Shown piece by piece: positions 39,002 to 47,964 of a stretch of DNA of 64,000 nt. The notes under the pieces are model-generated. The model worked only from the letters and a program-made list of their open reading frames with translations, ran no database searches and was not told the DNA's origin. Source of the stretch: Phenylobacterium sp. (GTDB taxonomy: Bacteria > Pseudomonadota > Alphaproteobacteria > Caulobacterales > Caulobacteraceae); the NCBI RefSeq assembly GCF_036264965.1, contig NZ_DATAPY010000024.1, forward strand, positions 5,926 to 69,925, read 5' to 3'. Numbering within the stretch: the first letter of the stretch is position 1; every line of letters starts with the position of its first letter. The translations under genes and the position numbers were made by a program.

Positions 39002-39970
39002 ATGCAGTACGCCTATGACGCCTACGTAACGGCGGTCTCATTCGACTCGGCCGGGAAGGCCGTCTTCGCTCTCGGCGACGGCAGCGTCCGCTTCGAGGGC
39101 GGAGAGGCTGTGACGGCGCATGATGGGGCCATCCTGGCCGCCGCGCCGCACCCCTCCGGCCAGGGCCTGATCACCGGCGGCGACGATGGGCGGCTGGTCT
39201 GGTCGCAGGCATCGGGCGCCCTGGAAATCGCCAGCCAGCCTGGCCGCTGGATCGATGCGGTGGCGTCCAGCGCCGCCTCAGGCCTGATCGCCTTCGCCGC
39301 CGGGCGCGACGTCCATGTCCGCGACGTGGCCGACGCGGCGTTTTCCCGCAGCTTCATCCATGAGAAATCCGTGGCGGACCTGGCCTTCGAGCCGAAGGGC
39401 CGCCGGCTGGCCGCCGCGACCTACGGCGGCGCGTGGCTCTGGTACGCCCGCATCGAGGCCCAGAAACCCGCCAAGCTCGCCTGGGCCGGCAGCCACGTGG
39501 CCTGTGTCTGGAGCCCCGACGGCAAGTTCCTGATCAGCGCCATGCAGGAAAACCAGCTGCACGGCTGGCGGGTGGCCGACGAGAAGAACATGCGCATGGG
39601 CGGCTATCCGGCCAAGCCGAAGAGCCTGGCCTTCCTCAACAAGGGAAGCCTGATGGCCACCTCCGGCGCCAACGGCGTGGTGGTCTGGCCGTTCGCCGGC
39701 GCTACGGGCCCGATGGGCAAACAGGCCGCCGAGATCGGCTATGACGAGGCCGCGATGGTGGTCAGGGTGGCTGGGACGCCGGCGCTGAACTGGGTCGCCG
39801 CCGGCCTCGATGACGGCCGCGTCTGGACCTGCGATCTGGCCGGCCAAAAGATCACGCCTCTGAAGGCGGAGAAGGGCGGCCCGGTCACCGCGCTGGCTAT
39901 CACGCCGGACGCCAGACGCGTGGCCTGGGGGTGCGAGGACGGCGCGGCGGGCGTGGCGGAGGTCGCCTAA
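39002..39970 (+). CDS. WD40-repeat protein
   Basis: HDGAILAAAPHP..LITGGDDGRL and WSPDGKFL repeats. RBS GGAGG. Confidence 0.9.
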   Translation: MQYAYDAYVTAVSFDSAGKAVFALGDGSVRFEGGEAVTAHDGAILAAAPHPSGQGLITGGDDGRLVWSQASGALEIASQPGRWIDAVASSAASGLIAFAAGRDVHVRDVADAAFSRSFIHEKSVADLAFEPKGRRLAAATYGGAWLWYARIEAQKPAKLAWAGSHVACVWSPDGKFLISAMQENQLHGWRVADEKNMRMGGYPAKPKSLAFLNKGSLMATSGANGVVVWPFAGATGPMGKQAAEIGYDEAAMVVRVAGTPALNWVAAGLDDGRVWTCDLAGQKITPLKAEKGGPVTALAITPDARRVAWGCEDGAAGVAEVA

Positions 39971-39988
39971 GCGGCCCCCGCCGCCGCC

Positions 39989-40267
39989 TCAGTGGTTGTT
40001 GGCGATCAGTGAGGCGATCACGCCCGTCGCGGCGGCCGCCAGGACGTAGTTGCCGTCCACTTCGCGCCATTCATAGCCGCGCGGCGGATGGCGCAGGTGG
40101 TGGGCGCGCCAGTCGAGGCGAGCGCCCCGATCCCAGTCCTCGTGGCGCATTTGATAGCCGTGCTTCCATTCGTCGTGGCGGACGTAGCCGGGCGGCTGAG
40201 CCAGGGCGGCGCCGGCGGCGGTCAGGGTGACGACGGCGGCCAGGGCGGCTGTAAGCACGCGTTTCAT
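39989..40267 (-). CDS. RcnB-family periplasmic protein
   Basis: Signal peptide, DWRAHHLRHPPRGYEWREVDGNYVLAAAATGVI. Confidence 0.9.
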   Translation of the reverse strand: MKRVLTAALAAVVTLTAAGAALAQPPGYVRHDEWKHGYQMRHEDWDRGARLDWRAHHLRHPPRGYEWREVDGNYVLAAAATGVIASLIANNH

Positions 40268-40441
40268 CTCGAACTCCCTTTGGTGGACACAGCAAAAGGC
40301 TGGGCCTTCTCCCCAGATGGCGACCTGAACGCCCACGGCCCGCCTTCGTTCATCCTCGGCCGGCGGCGCGACAGGTCCGAAGGCGCTTGCCTGCCCCGGC
40401 GGCGGGGGCGTTAGCTGCTGGCCACCCTTACGGAGGATGCC

Positions 40442-41272
40442 ATGAGCGAGACCCTGGAACGGCCCGCGGCCGAAACGGCGGCCGAGGTGCTCTATGAGGC
40501 GGCGGACGGGATCGCCACCATCACCCTGAACCGGCCCGAGCGGATGAACGCCATCTCCGGCCCGATGCTGGCGCGCCTCAGCGAGCTGCTGCTCAAGGCC
40601 AACGCCGACCCGAAGGTCCGCGTGGTGATCCTCACCGGCGCCGGCCGCGCCTTCTGCGTCGGCCTCGACCTGGTGGACGCCACCCAGGGCTCCGGCATCG
40701 GCTCGGAACAGTCAGCCGCCGCCCCGTCGGTGAACCTCGATCTCAAGACCGCCCCGCCGACGGTGCTGTTCGCCATGGACAAGCCGACCATCTGCGCCCT
40801 GAACGGGGCTGCGGCCGGCTACGGCATGGACACCGCGCTCGGTTGCGACATCCGCATCATGGGTGAGAGCTCGAAGCTGGCCGCCGCGTTCGTGAAGCGG
40901 GGCGTCGTGCCGGAGAGCGGCGGCACCTGGATCCTGCCGCGCCTGCTGGGCTGGGCGAAGGCCGCCGAGGTGATCTTCACCGGCCGCACGCTCTCGGCCG
41001 CCGAAAGCCTGGCGCTGGGCCTGGCCAATGAGGTGGTCCCCGACGCCGAGCTGATGGCCCGCGCCCGCGCCGTGGCCGCCGAGATTGCCGCCAACGCGCC
41101 GCTGGCGGTGCAGTCGGCCAAGCGGCTGATGCGCATGGGGATGGCCGAGGGCTTTAACGACCACGTCCACCACGTCTATCTGCAGTTCCTGCAGCTGGTG
41201 CGCACTCAAGACTTCCGCGAGGGGATGACCTCGTTCCTGGAAAAGCGCCCGGCGGACTTCCAGGGCCGCTAG
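40442..41272 (+). CDS. Enoyl-CoA hydratase/isomerase (crotonase) family protein
   Basis: ITLNRPERMNA, TGAGRAFCVGLDL, KPTICALNGAAAGYG and DFREGMTSFLEKR. Confidence 0.93.
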   Translation: MSETLERPAAETAAEVLYEAADGIATITLNRPERMNAISGPMLARLSELLLKANADPKVRVVILTGAGRAFCVGLDLVDATQGSGIGSEQSAAAPSVNLDLKTAPPTVLFAMDKPTICALNGAAAGYGMDTALGCDIRIMGESSKLAAAFVKRGVVPESGGTWILPRLLGWAKAAEVIFTGRTLSAAESLALGLANEVVPDAELMARARAVAAEIAANAPLAVQSAKRLMRMGMAEGFNDHVHHVYLQFLQLVRTQDFREGMTSFLEKRPADFQGR

Positions 41273-42138
41273 GCGACGGCCTGTTCGCGGTCGCGCGCCG
41301 GGGTGAGCGTGCGCGGTTCGGCCTCGCGGATCTCGCTGTAGCCGAAGGCGTGCTGCAGATGTTGCGCCAGCCTGCGCTGCACCACGGCCCGATCCGGCTC
41401 GGCGTACTGCACGGCCTGGCGCGCGGCGCGCTCTGGGGCGATATCTTCGCCGTACTCGGGGTCCAGGTTCGCCTGCAGAGCCGCCCGCGAAGAGACCGCC
41501 ATGGCCGCGGCCAGGTCGGCCTCGCTGAGGTCCTCGCCCCAGTGGGCCCAGATGCGGCGCACCCAGGTCTGCGGGTCGCGTTCGACGTCTTCGTAGCGGA
41601 CCACCAGCACCTGTTGCGGAAACGCCCGCTTGAGCGCGCCCCAGCGGTTGAAGAAGCGGATGAACCACCAGAGGTCGACGCCCTGGGCGCGGGGCTGGCG
41701 GGCCACGTACTCGTCCAGCGGGCCCAGCGCCTTGGCGTCCTGCCACTTGAAGAAATAGGAGAGCAGCGAGTCCGGTATCCGCCGCACCAGCAGGACCACA
41801 GGCGGCAGGCGGATCAGGTTCCTCGCGCCCAGCCAGGCGATCAGGCGCGAGGGCATATGGTGCGAGCTGCCGATCTTCGGCGCCTGGGGGAACCGGCGGC
41901 GGTGGCGGGCGTGGCCGATGTAGACGTCGCTGTGCGGGCCGCTGGAGTAGGCGGGTGGCGGCAGACCCAGCTTGTGGGCGATCGCCGCGCTGAGCATGAA
42001 GCGCAGCCAGTGGGTGCCGGAATTGTGGCCGCTGATCAGGAAACCGTCGACCCGGGCGCCATAGTGCAGGAGGTGGAAGCGGGAGAGGTCGTCGCGCACG
42101 TCGGCGGCCAGCAGCGACAGCCCAAATCCGTCCGACAT
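41269..42138 (-). CDS. Sulfotransferase-domain protein
   Basis: ISGHNSGTHWL (5'-PSB-like), LVRRIPDSLLSY (3'-PB-like) and VVRYEDV. Confidence 0.7.
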   Translation of the reverse strand: MSDGFGLSLLAADVRDDLSRFHLLHYGARVDGFLISGHNSGTHWLRFMLSAAIAHKLGLPPPAYSSGPHSDVYIGHARHRRRFPQAPKIGSSHHMPSRLIAWLGARNLIRLPPVVLLVRRIPDSLLSYFFKWQDAKALGPLDEYVARQPRAQGVDLWWFIRFFNRWGALKRAFPQQVLVVRYEDVERDPQTWVRRIWAHWGEDLSEADLAAAMAVSSRAALQANLDPEYGEDIAPERAARQAVQYAEPDRAVVQRRLAQHLQHAFGYSEIREAEPRTLTPARDREQAVA

Positions 42139-42239
42139 TCCAGCACCCCAGTCCTAGCCGCGAGGACACTGGAAATCATCATTATAACTTTCTTATAACC
42201 AAACTGTGCCAGTGCATCTCAAAGTTGTCACAGACGCCG

Positions 42240-42902
42240 TTATCCGAAACCGCGCAGATCGGCCCAAACCTCGAAGGCGTCCCGGCTGGCCTTGAGCGTG
42301 TTGATCGGGTGATCGGCGTCGCGATAGCCCAGGGCCATGCCGGCGAAGAGCATGTGATCGTCGGGGAGGCCCAGGAACCCCGCGACGGCCTTCGGATAGC
42401 GCGCCCAATATTCCTGCGGGCAGGTGTCGAGACCGCGCTCCACCGCCAACAGCATGACGTTCTGCATGAACATGCCGAGATCCGCCCACTGCGGCGGTCC
42501 CAGCTTGCGGTCGAGGCAGAAGAACAGGCCCACCGGCGCGCCGAAGAACTCGCCGTTCTTCGCCAGCTGACGCAGGCGCGCGGGCTTGTCCTCCCGCGGG
42601 ATGCCGAGGGTGGCGTAGAGGTCCTCGGCGTTCTGGAAGCGCCGGGTGCGGAAGGGCTCCCAGAGGTTCGGCGGATAGACGTCGTACTCCGGTTCCTCCC
42701 CGAACGGATTGGCCGCCGCCAGCGCCTTGAACTCGGCCAGCGGCGCGCCCGCCAGGCCATAGACCCGCCAGGGCTGCAGGTTCCCGCCCGACGGCGCCTG
42801 GGCGGCGCGGCCCAGAATCTCGGCGACCACCTCGCCCGGCACCGGGTCCGGTTTGAAGGCGCGGATCGAGATCCGGCGGGCGACGGCTTCCGACACGTCC
42901 AT
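42240..42902 (-). CDS. Nitroreductase family protein
   Basis: RRISIRAF, APSGGNLQPW, FFGAPVGLF, DLGMFMQNVMLLA and GLDTCPQ. Confidence 0.93.
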   Translation of the reverse strand: MDVSEAVARRISIRAFKPDPVPGEVVAEILGRAAQAPSGGNLQPWRVYGLAGAPLAEFKALAAANPFGEEPEYDVYPPNLWEPFRTRRFQNAEDLYATLGIPREDKPARLRQLAKNGEFFGAPVGLFFCLDRKLGPPQWADLGMFMQNVMLLAVERGLDTCPQEYWARYPKAVAGFLGLPDDHMLFAGMALGYRDADHPINTLKASRDAFEVWADLRGFG

Positions 42903-43000
42903 AGGGCGAGGGCTCCGGCTTGACGCGCCCGCGCGGCGCGGCTCAGCTATCCACCACCCCGCCCCAATAAGCCAAGAGGGGTCAAGGCAAGGATCCCAGC

Positions 43001-43732
43001 TTGGCCACGCAGGCAATATCCGGGAGACGACCTCGCGCTCGCCGCGGCGTGATCGGTCGCCTGCTGCGCTGGGCGCTCGTCCTGGGCCTGATCTTTGTTG
43101 TCGCCGGTCCCGTCCTGGTGGTCGCTATCTACCGCATCGTGCCGCCGCCGATGACCTGGCTGATGGTCGAGCGGATGGTTCAGGGCCACGGCTTCGACCG
43201 CCGCTGGGTCCCGCTGAACCGCATCTCGCCGCAGCTCGTGCGAAGCGTGATCGGCGCTGAGGACAGCCGCTTTTGCGAACACCACGGCTTCGACTGGAAC
43301 GCTATCCAGAAGGCCATGGCGCACAATGCCGACGGCAAGAAGCTGCGCGGCGGCTCGACCATCAGCCAACAGACCGCCAAGAACATCTTTCTCTGGCCCG
43401 GCCGCGACTGGGTGCGCAAGGGCCTGGAGACCTGGTTCACCGCCCTGATCGAGACGATCTGGGGCAAGCCGCGGATCATGGAGGTCTATCTGAACTCCAT
43501 CGAATGGGGCCCGGGCGTCTATGGCGCCGAGGCCGCGGCCCGGGCCAACTTCCACGAGAGCGCCGCCCAACTGAACCCAGCGCAGGCCGCGCGCCTGGCG
43601 GCGATCATCCCTAAGCCTCTGGCCTGGAAGGCGGCCCGGCCCGGCCCGTACATCCAGAGGCGTCAGGGCCACATTACCGCCGCCGCCGGGACCATCCGCC
43701 GCGACGGCCTGGCCGACTGTGTCCTGAGGTAG
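43001..43732 (+). CDS. mtgA: Monofunctional biosynthetic peptidoglycan transglycosylase
   Basis: [36 protein letters not shown] and [10 protein letters not shown]. Confidence 0.96.
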   Translation: MATQAISGRRPRARRGVIGRLLRWALVLGLIFVVAGPVLVVAIYRIVPPPMTWLMVERMVQGHGFDRRWVPLNRISPQLVRSVIGAEDSRFCEHHGFDWNAIQKAMAHNADGKKLRGGSTISQQTAKNIFLWPGRDWVRKGLETWFTALIETIWGKPRIMEVYLNSIEWGPGVYGAEAAARANFHESAAQLNPAQAARLAAIIPKPLAWKAARPGPYIQRRQGHITAAAGTIRRDGLADCVLR

Positions 43733-43850
43733 GCGCGGCCCCTGCGCCCGCGAACGCTGGCGCCCCCATTGCAGCGTCCTGCAGCAACCGGCGGACCTGT
43801 CCTGGAATGGGCCAGCCCGCCATCCGCGCTGAGATTTAGGGGCCTTACCC

Positions 43851-44012
43851 GTGAAGACACTCTTCGCTGCCGCCGCGATCGCCGCCGCCCTCGTCGCCGC
43901 CGGTTCGGCCTCCGCCCCGGCGACCACCAGCTGGGCCCTGATGCTGCTGGGCTTCGCCGGCATGGGCGCCATGTTGCGCGACCGCCGTCGCCTGGTCACG
44001 GTCGCCGCCTAG
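43851..44012 (+). CDS. 53-aa signal peptide fused directly to a degenerate PEPxxWA-CTERM-like sorting segment (not in ORF track)
   Basis: MKTLFAAAAIAAALVAAGSASA-PATTSWALMLLGFAGMGAMLRDRRRLVTVAA. Own terminator downstream. Confidence 0.7.
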   Translation: MKTLFAAAAIAAALVAAGSASAPATTSWALMLLGFAGMGAMLRDRRRLVTVAA

Positions 44013-44043
44013 TCTACCGAGCTCTCCAGCTCTGTGGCGTAAG

Positions 44044-44074
44044 AGCGCCGTCGGGTCCGCCCGGCGGCGCTTTT
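44044..44074 (+). terminator. Intrinsic terminator
   Basis: AGCGCCGTCGGG-tccg-CCCGGCGGCGCT then TTT. Confidence 0.75.
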
Positions 44075-44140
44075 CGTTGGGACCCATGGCCGCCCCCGGC
44101 GGGTTTCACGACCTCGGCACACCGTTTCGAGGAGAGCCGC

Positions 44141-44488
44141 ATGATCCCCGCAAGGTCCATCCTGGCCGCCCTGCCGCTGCTGGCGCTCTACGCTTGCAAC
44201 AAGACCGACACCGCGCCGATCCCCGAGCACAACGACGTCGCCACCTCCATGCCGGACGCGGCCTCGACGCCCGGCGCCCAAGGCCTCGCGGCCAGCGCGC
44301 CGCACGCCACGCCGCCGCCGGACGCTAAGCTGACCGACCCCACCCCGCCGCCAACCGGGCCTTCGCCCACCGCCAACCCGGCCGACCACCCGAGCCAAGC
44401 GCGCTCTCAGGCCAGGCTCGCCGCCGCCGCCAGCGCCAGCTGCATCGCCCAGACCTTCAGGGTCATGTCATCGCCGGTCGCCCCGTGA
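44141..44488 (+). CDS. Pro/Ala/Thr-rich lipoprotein
   Basis: RBS GGAG, lipobox LYAC, low-complexity body. C-terminal 30 aa uncertain. Confidence 0.65.
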   Translation: MIPARSILAALPLLALYACNKTDTAPIPEHNDVATSMPDAASTPGAQGLAASAPHATPPPDAKLTDPTPPPTGPSPTANPADHPSQARSQARLAAAASASCIAQTFRVMSSPVAP

Positions 44489-44588
44489 CGCCAGACTAGG
44501 CGCGAGCCGGCGGACGCCACTTGACGAAAGAAGCTCCTGCCCTCAAACCCTCGCCCATCCGCAAAAACCTCCCCCGAAGGAGCCGATC

Positions 44589-45701
44589 ATGCGCGTAGGC
44601 GTGCCCCGCGAAATCAAGCCTGACGAGTACCGCGTCGGCCTCACCCCGACCGCCGTGCGCGAGTACGTCAGCCGCGGCCACGAGGTGATCGTGGAGAAGG
44701 GCGCCGGCGCCGGCGCGGGCTATCCCGACGAGGCCTATACGCGAGCCGGCGCCAAGATCGTCGCCGACGCCGAGGCGGTGTTCTCCGGCGCCGAGCTGAT
44801 CGTCAAGGTGAAGGAGCCGCAGGCCGTCGAATGGGCGCGCCTCACCGACCAGCACATCCTCTTCACCTACCTGCACCTGGCGCCCGATCCGGCCCAGGCC
44901 GACGGCCTCCTGGCGTCGGGCTGCGCGGCCATCGCCTATGAGACCGTGACCGACTCAGCCGGCGGTCTGCCGCTGCTGGCGCCGATGTCGGAGGTCGCCG
45001 GCCGCATCGCTGTGTTTTCCGCCGGCGAGACCCTGCTGAAGCACAACGGCGGCATGGGCCTGCTGCTCTCCGGCGTCCCAGGCGTGCCGCCGGCGCGCAT
45101 CGTGGTGCTGGGCGGCGGCGTCGTCGGCATGAACGCCGCGCGCATGGCCGCGGGCCTGGGAGCCGAGGTGGTGATCGTCGAGCGCTCGATCCCGCGCATG
45201 CGCGAACTCGACAACATGTTCCAGGGCCGCATCCTCACCCGCTACTCGACACAGGACGCCGTGGAAGAAGAGATCCTCAAGGCCGACGTGGTGGTGGGCG
45301 CGGTGCTGACCGCCGGCGCCAGCGCGCCGAAGATGATCCGCAGGGCCGATCTGAAGAAGATGAAGCCGGGCTCGGTGCTGGTGGACGTCTCCATCGACCA
45401 GGGCGGCTGTTTCGAGACCAGCCGGCCCACGACCCACGCCGACCCGACCTACACCGTCGACGGCGTCGTCCACTACTGCGTGGCCAACATGCCCGGCGCG
45501 GCCCCGCGCACCTCGTCTGAGGCCCTCGTCCACGCCACGCTCTCCTTCGGCCTGGAACTCGCCGACAAGGGCCTGGACGCGCTGAAGAAGAACAAGCACC
45601 TGGCCAAGGGCCTGAATGTGCTCAAGGGCCAGGTCACCCACCCGGCCGTCGCCGAGGCGCTCGGCAAGCCGTTCGTGGACGCCTACGGAGCGTGGAAGTA
45701 G
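44589..45701 (+). CDS. ald: Alanine dehydrogenase
   Basis: VGVPREIKPDEYRVGLTP, FTYLHLA, LAPMSEVAGR, GGGVVG, DVSIDQGGCFETS and HYCVANMPGA. Confidence 0.97.
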   Translation: MRVGVPREIKPDEYRVGLTPTAVREYVSRGHEVIVEKGAGAGAGYPDEAYTRAGAKIVADAEAVFSGAELIVKVKEPQAVEWARLTDQHILFTYLHLAPDPAQADGLLASGCAAIAYETVTDSAGGLPLLAPMSEVAGRIAVFSAGETLLKHNGGMGLLLSGVPGVPPARIVVLGGGVVGMNAARMAAGLGAEVVIVERSIPRMRELDNMFQGRILTRYSTQDAVEEEILKADVVVGAVLTAGASAPKMIRRADLKKMKPGSVLVDVSIDQGGCFETSRPTTHADPTYTVDGVVHYCVANMPGAAPRTSSEALVHATLSFGLELADKGLDALKKNKHLAKGLNVLKGQVTHPAVAEALGKPFVDAYGAWK

Positions 45702-45704
45702 CGG

Positions 45705-46067
45705 CTATTCGGGCGGGGCGCCGCGCCGCTTGAACGGCTTGCGCTTCAACTCCTTCTTCTCGCCCTTGGCCTTGGCCGTGATCTCCTTGAGCTTCACCGT
45801 CTGCAGGGCGGAGAGCGCCTGGCCGGGCGCGCCCTTCTCCGGGTCGCCGAAAGCGCGGCCGTAGGTCTTCAGGCGGTCGGAGACGGAGCCCAGAAATTCG
45901 CCCTCCCACTCGGAGAGCTTCACGCCGGCCCGGTCGGCCTGGCGTTGCGCGCGTTTCAGAGCATTGAGCGCAGCGCGCTTGGCCGCGGCCTTGGGATCGG
46001 GCGGCTTGCGGTTGGACCCGAAGCCTCCCGGCTTCCGGCCCTTCGAATCTGGCGGCTTTCGGTTCAA
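45705..46067 (-). CDS. Basic hypothetical protein translationally coupled to gapR
   Basis: TTG start overlapping the gapR TGA (TTGA). Core [29 protein letters not shown] with Lys/Arg-rich ends. Confidence 0.7.
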   Translation of the reverse strand: MNRKPPDSKGRKPGGFGSNRKPPDPKAAAKRAALNALKRAQRQADRAGVKLSEWEGEFLGSVSDRLKTYGRAFGDPEKGAPGQALSALQTVKLKEITAKAKGEKKELKRKPFKRRGAPPE

Positions 46068-46333
46068 ATCTCCCCGATCGCCGAGAGGTAGAGGTCGAGG
46101 ATGGCGTCCTCTTCCAGGCGCTTGGCGCGGTCCTGTTTGCGGATGCGCACCACCTTGCGCAGGATCTTGACATCGAAGCCGTTGCCCTTGGCTTCGGCGA
46201 AGACCTCCTTGATCTGCTCGGCCACCTCGGACTTCTCGAGCTCCAGGCGCTCGATGCGCTCGATGATGCTCTTCAGCTGCCCTTGGGCGGCCTGGTTCAG
46301 CACGTCGGGGTGGGCGGAGGCGTCGTCGGCCAT
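46064..46333 (-). CDS. gapR: Nucleoid-associated protein GapR (DUF2312)
   Basis: [53 protein letters not shown], recognisably like Caulobacter GapR. Confidence 0.95.
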   Translation of the reverse strand: MADDASAHPDVLNQAAQGQLKSIIERIERLELEKSEVAEQIKEVFAEAKGNGFDVKILRKVVRIRKQDRAKRLEEDAILDLYLSAIGEI

Positions 46334-46464
46334 GGGGAACTCGTAAAGGCAGGAGGGCAGGATCGCCCCGGACCCTATCGGCGCGTTCGCGCGCTGTCAT
46401 GCTGGCCAGGGCCCTTGCCTGTGGATAAGCCGTTGAGGCGGAACGACGCGGAGATCGTGCAGCC

Positions 46465-47052
46465 ATGCCAGCCAAATCCCCACCGACGCAGGCCGACGCC
46501 GAGGCCGCCGTGCGCGTCCTGATCGAGTGGGCCGGTGACGATCCTGACCGGGAAGGTCTGCTGGAGACCCCGGCGCGCGTGGCGCGGTCCTACCGCGAGC
46601 TGTTCGCCGGCTACGAGACCGATCCCAGGGACTATCTGGCGCGGACCTTCGAGGAGGTCGGCGGCTACGACGAGCTGGTGATCCTGAAGGACATTCCGGT
46701 GGTCAGCTTCTGCGAGCACCACATGCTACCGTTCATCGGCCGCGCGCATGTGGGCTACCTGCCCTCCAACCGCGTGGTGGGTATCTCCAAGCTGGCCCGC
46801 GTGGTGCGCGGCTTCGCGCGCCGCCTGCAGATCCAGGAAAAGCTCACCGCCGAGGTGGCGGGCGCCATCCAGGAGATCCTGCAGCCCAAGGGCGTCGGCG
46901 TGGTGATCATCTCCGAACACAGCTGCATGACCATGCGCGGGGTGAACACGCCCGGCGCCCGGCTGACCACCAGCCACCTGCTGGGCGAGGTGCGTGACGA
47001 CCCGCGCACGCGCCAGGAGTTCTTCGACCTGGTGAGGACGCCGGACCGCTAG
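46465..47052 (+). CDS. folE: GTP cyclohydrolase I
   Basis: REGLLETPARV, SFCEHHMLPF, GISKLARVV, RRLQIQE and HSCMTMRGV. Confidence 0.97.
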   Translation: MPAKSPPTQADAEAAVRVLIEWAGDDPDREGLLETPARVARSYRELFAGYETDPRDYLARTFEEVGGYDELVILKDIPVVSFCEHHMLPFIGRAHVGYLPSNRVVGISKLARVVRGFARRLQIQEKLTAEVAGAIQEILQPKGVGVVIISEHSCMTMRGVNTPGARLTTSHLLGEVRDDPRTRQEFFDLVRTPDR

Positions 47053-47675
47053 AGCAGGCCGAACCCCTCCAGGGCGGGCCGCAGCGCCGCCGGGTCGGTG
47101 AAGTGGTGGGTCTGGAAGCCCAGCGCCCGGGCGGCGGCGATATTGGTCGCGCTGTCGTCGACGAACAGGGCCTCTTCCGGCGAGAAGCCGAAGCGCGCGC
47201 AGGTCAGGCGGAAGATCGCCGCATCCGGCTTCATCATCCCTTCGCGCCCTGAGACGATGCGTCCATCCAGACGGGCGAACGACGGGCTCATGGCGAAGGT
47301 CGCGTCTTCCGTCTCATGGCTCATGTTGGTGAGGGCGTACTGGCGCACGCCGCGGGCCTTGAGGGCCGCGATGGCGGCTTCGGTCTCGGGGATCGGGCCG
47401 GAGAACATCTCGCTCCAGCGGTGCTTCCAGGCCCAGATGGCGGCCTCGTGCTCGGGATGCCGGGCGCTCAGGGCCGCGCAATTGTCGTCGAAGGTGACGC
47501 CGCAGTCGGTCGGCCCGTGCCAGGCCATGGTGCAGACGTCGCGCAAGAACCGGTCGCGCTCGACCGGATCGGGGAAAATCCTGGAATAGAGCGTGCGCGG
47601 ATCCCAGCGCACGATGACGTTGCCGACGTCCCAAACAACAAGCTCGGGCCAGACGACCGTACTCGGCGTCTGCAT
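47049..47675 (-). CDS. HAD-family phosphatase
   Basis: WDVGNV motif I, LTN, KPDAAIF and LFVDDSATN. Confidence 0.9.
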   Translation of the reverse strand: MQTPSTVVWPELVVWDVGNVIVRWDPRTLYSRIFPDPVERDRFLRDVCTMAWHGPTDCGVTFDDNCAALSARHPEHEAAIWAWKHRWSEMFSGPIPETEAAIAALKARGVRQYALTNMSHETEDATFAMSPSFARLDGRIVSGREGMMKPDAAIFRLTCARFGFSPEEALFVDDSATNIAAARALGFQTHHFTDPAALRPALEGFGLL

Positions 47676-47685
47676 CGGCGAGGCG

Positions 47686-47811
47686 TCAGCCCTGCTTGGC
47701 TTTGAAGCGCGGGTTCGTCTTGTTGATGATGTAGACGACGCCCTTGCGGCGCACGAGCTTGCAGTCCCGGTGACGGGTCTTGAGCGACTTAAGCGAGCTT
47801 CTGACCTTCAT
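47686..47811 (-). CDS. rpmJ: 50S ribosomal protein L36, zinc-free type (not in ORF track)
   Basis: [41 protein letters not shown]. Confidence 0.97.
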   Translation of the reverse strand: MKVRSSLKSLKTRHRDCKLVRRKGVVYIINKTNPRFKAKQG

Positions 47812-47964
47812 CGGACTTCTCGGGGACCTATCTCGGGCGCGGACGTTGGCGTCCGGGGGGTTTCACAAGAGCGCGCGGATATACGGAAAGGGTCTTGGGA
47901 AGTCAATGTCGCGGCGCCGCAGTTGTGATTGAGGCCGGACTCGACGCCCGCTAGACTCCCGACG

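Noticed and set aside
44407-44466. 19-aa minus-strand ORF MTLKVWAMQLALAAAASLA with high GC3
   Set aside because: Exactly antisense and in register with the lipoprotein C-terminus, which explains the codon pattern. No RBS or promoter evidence.
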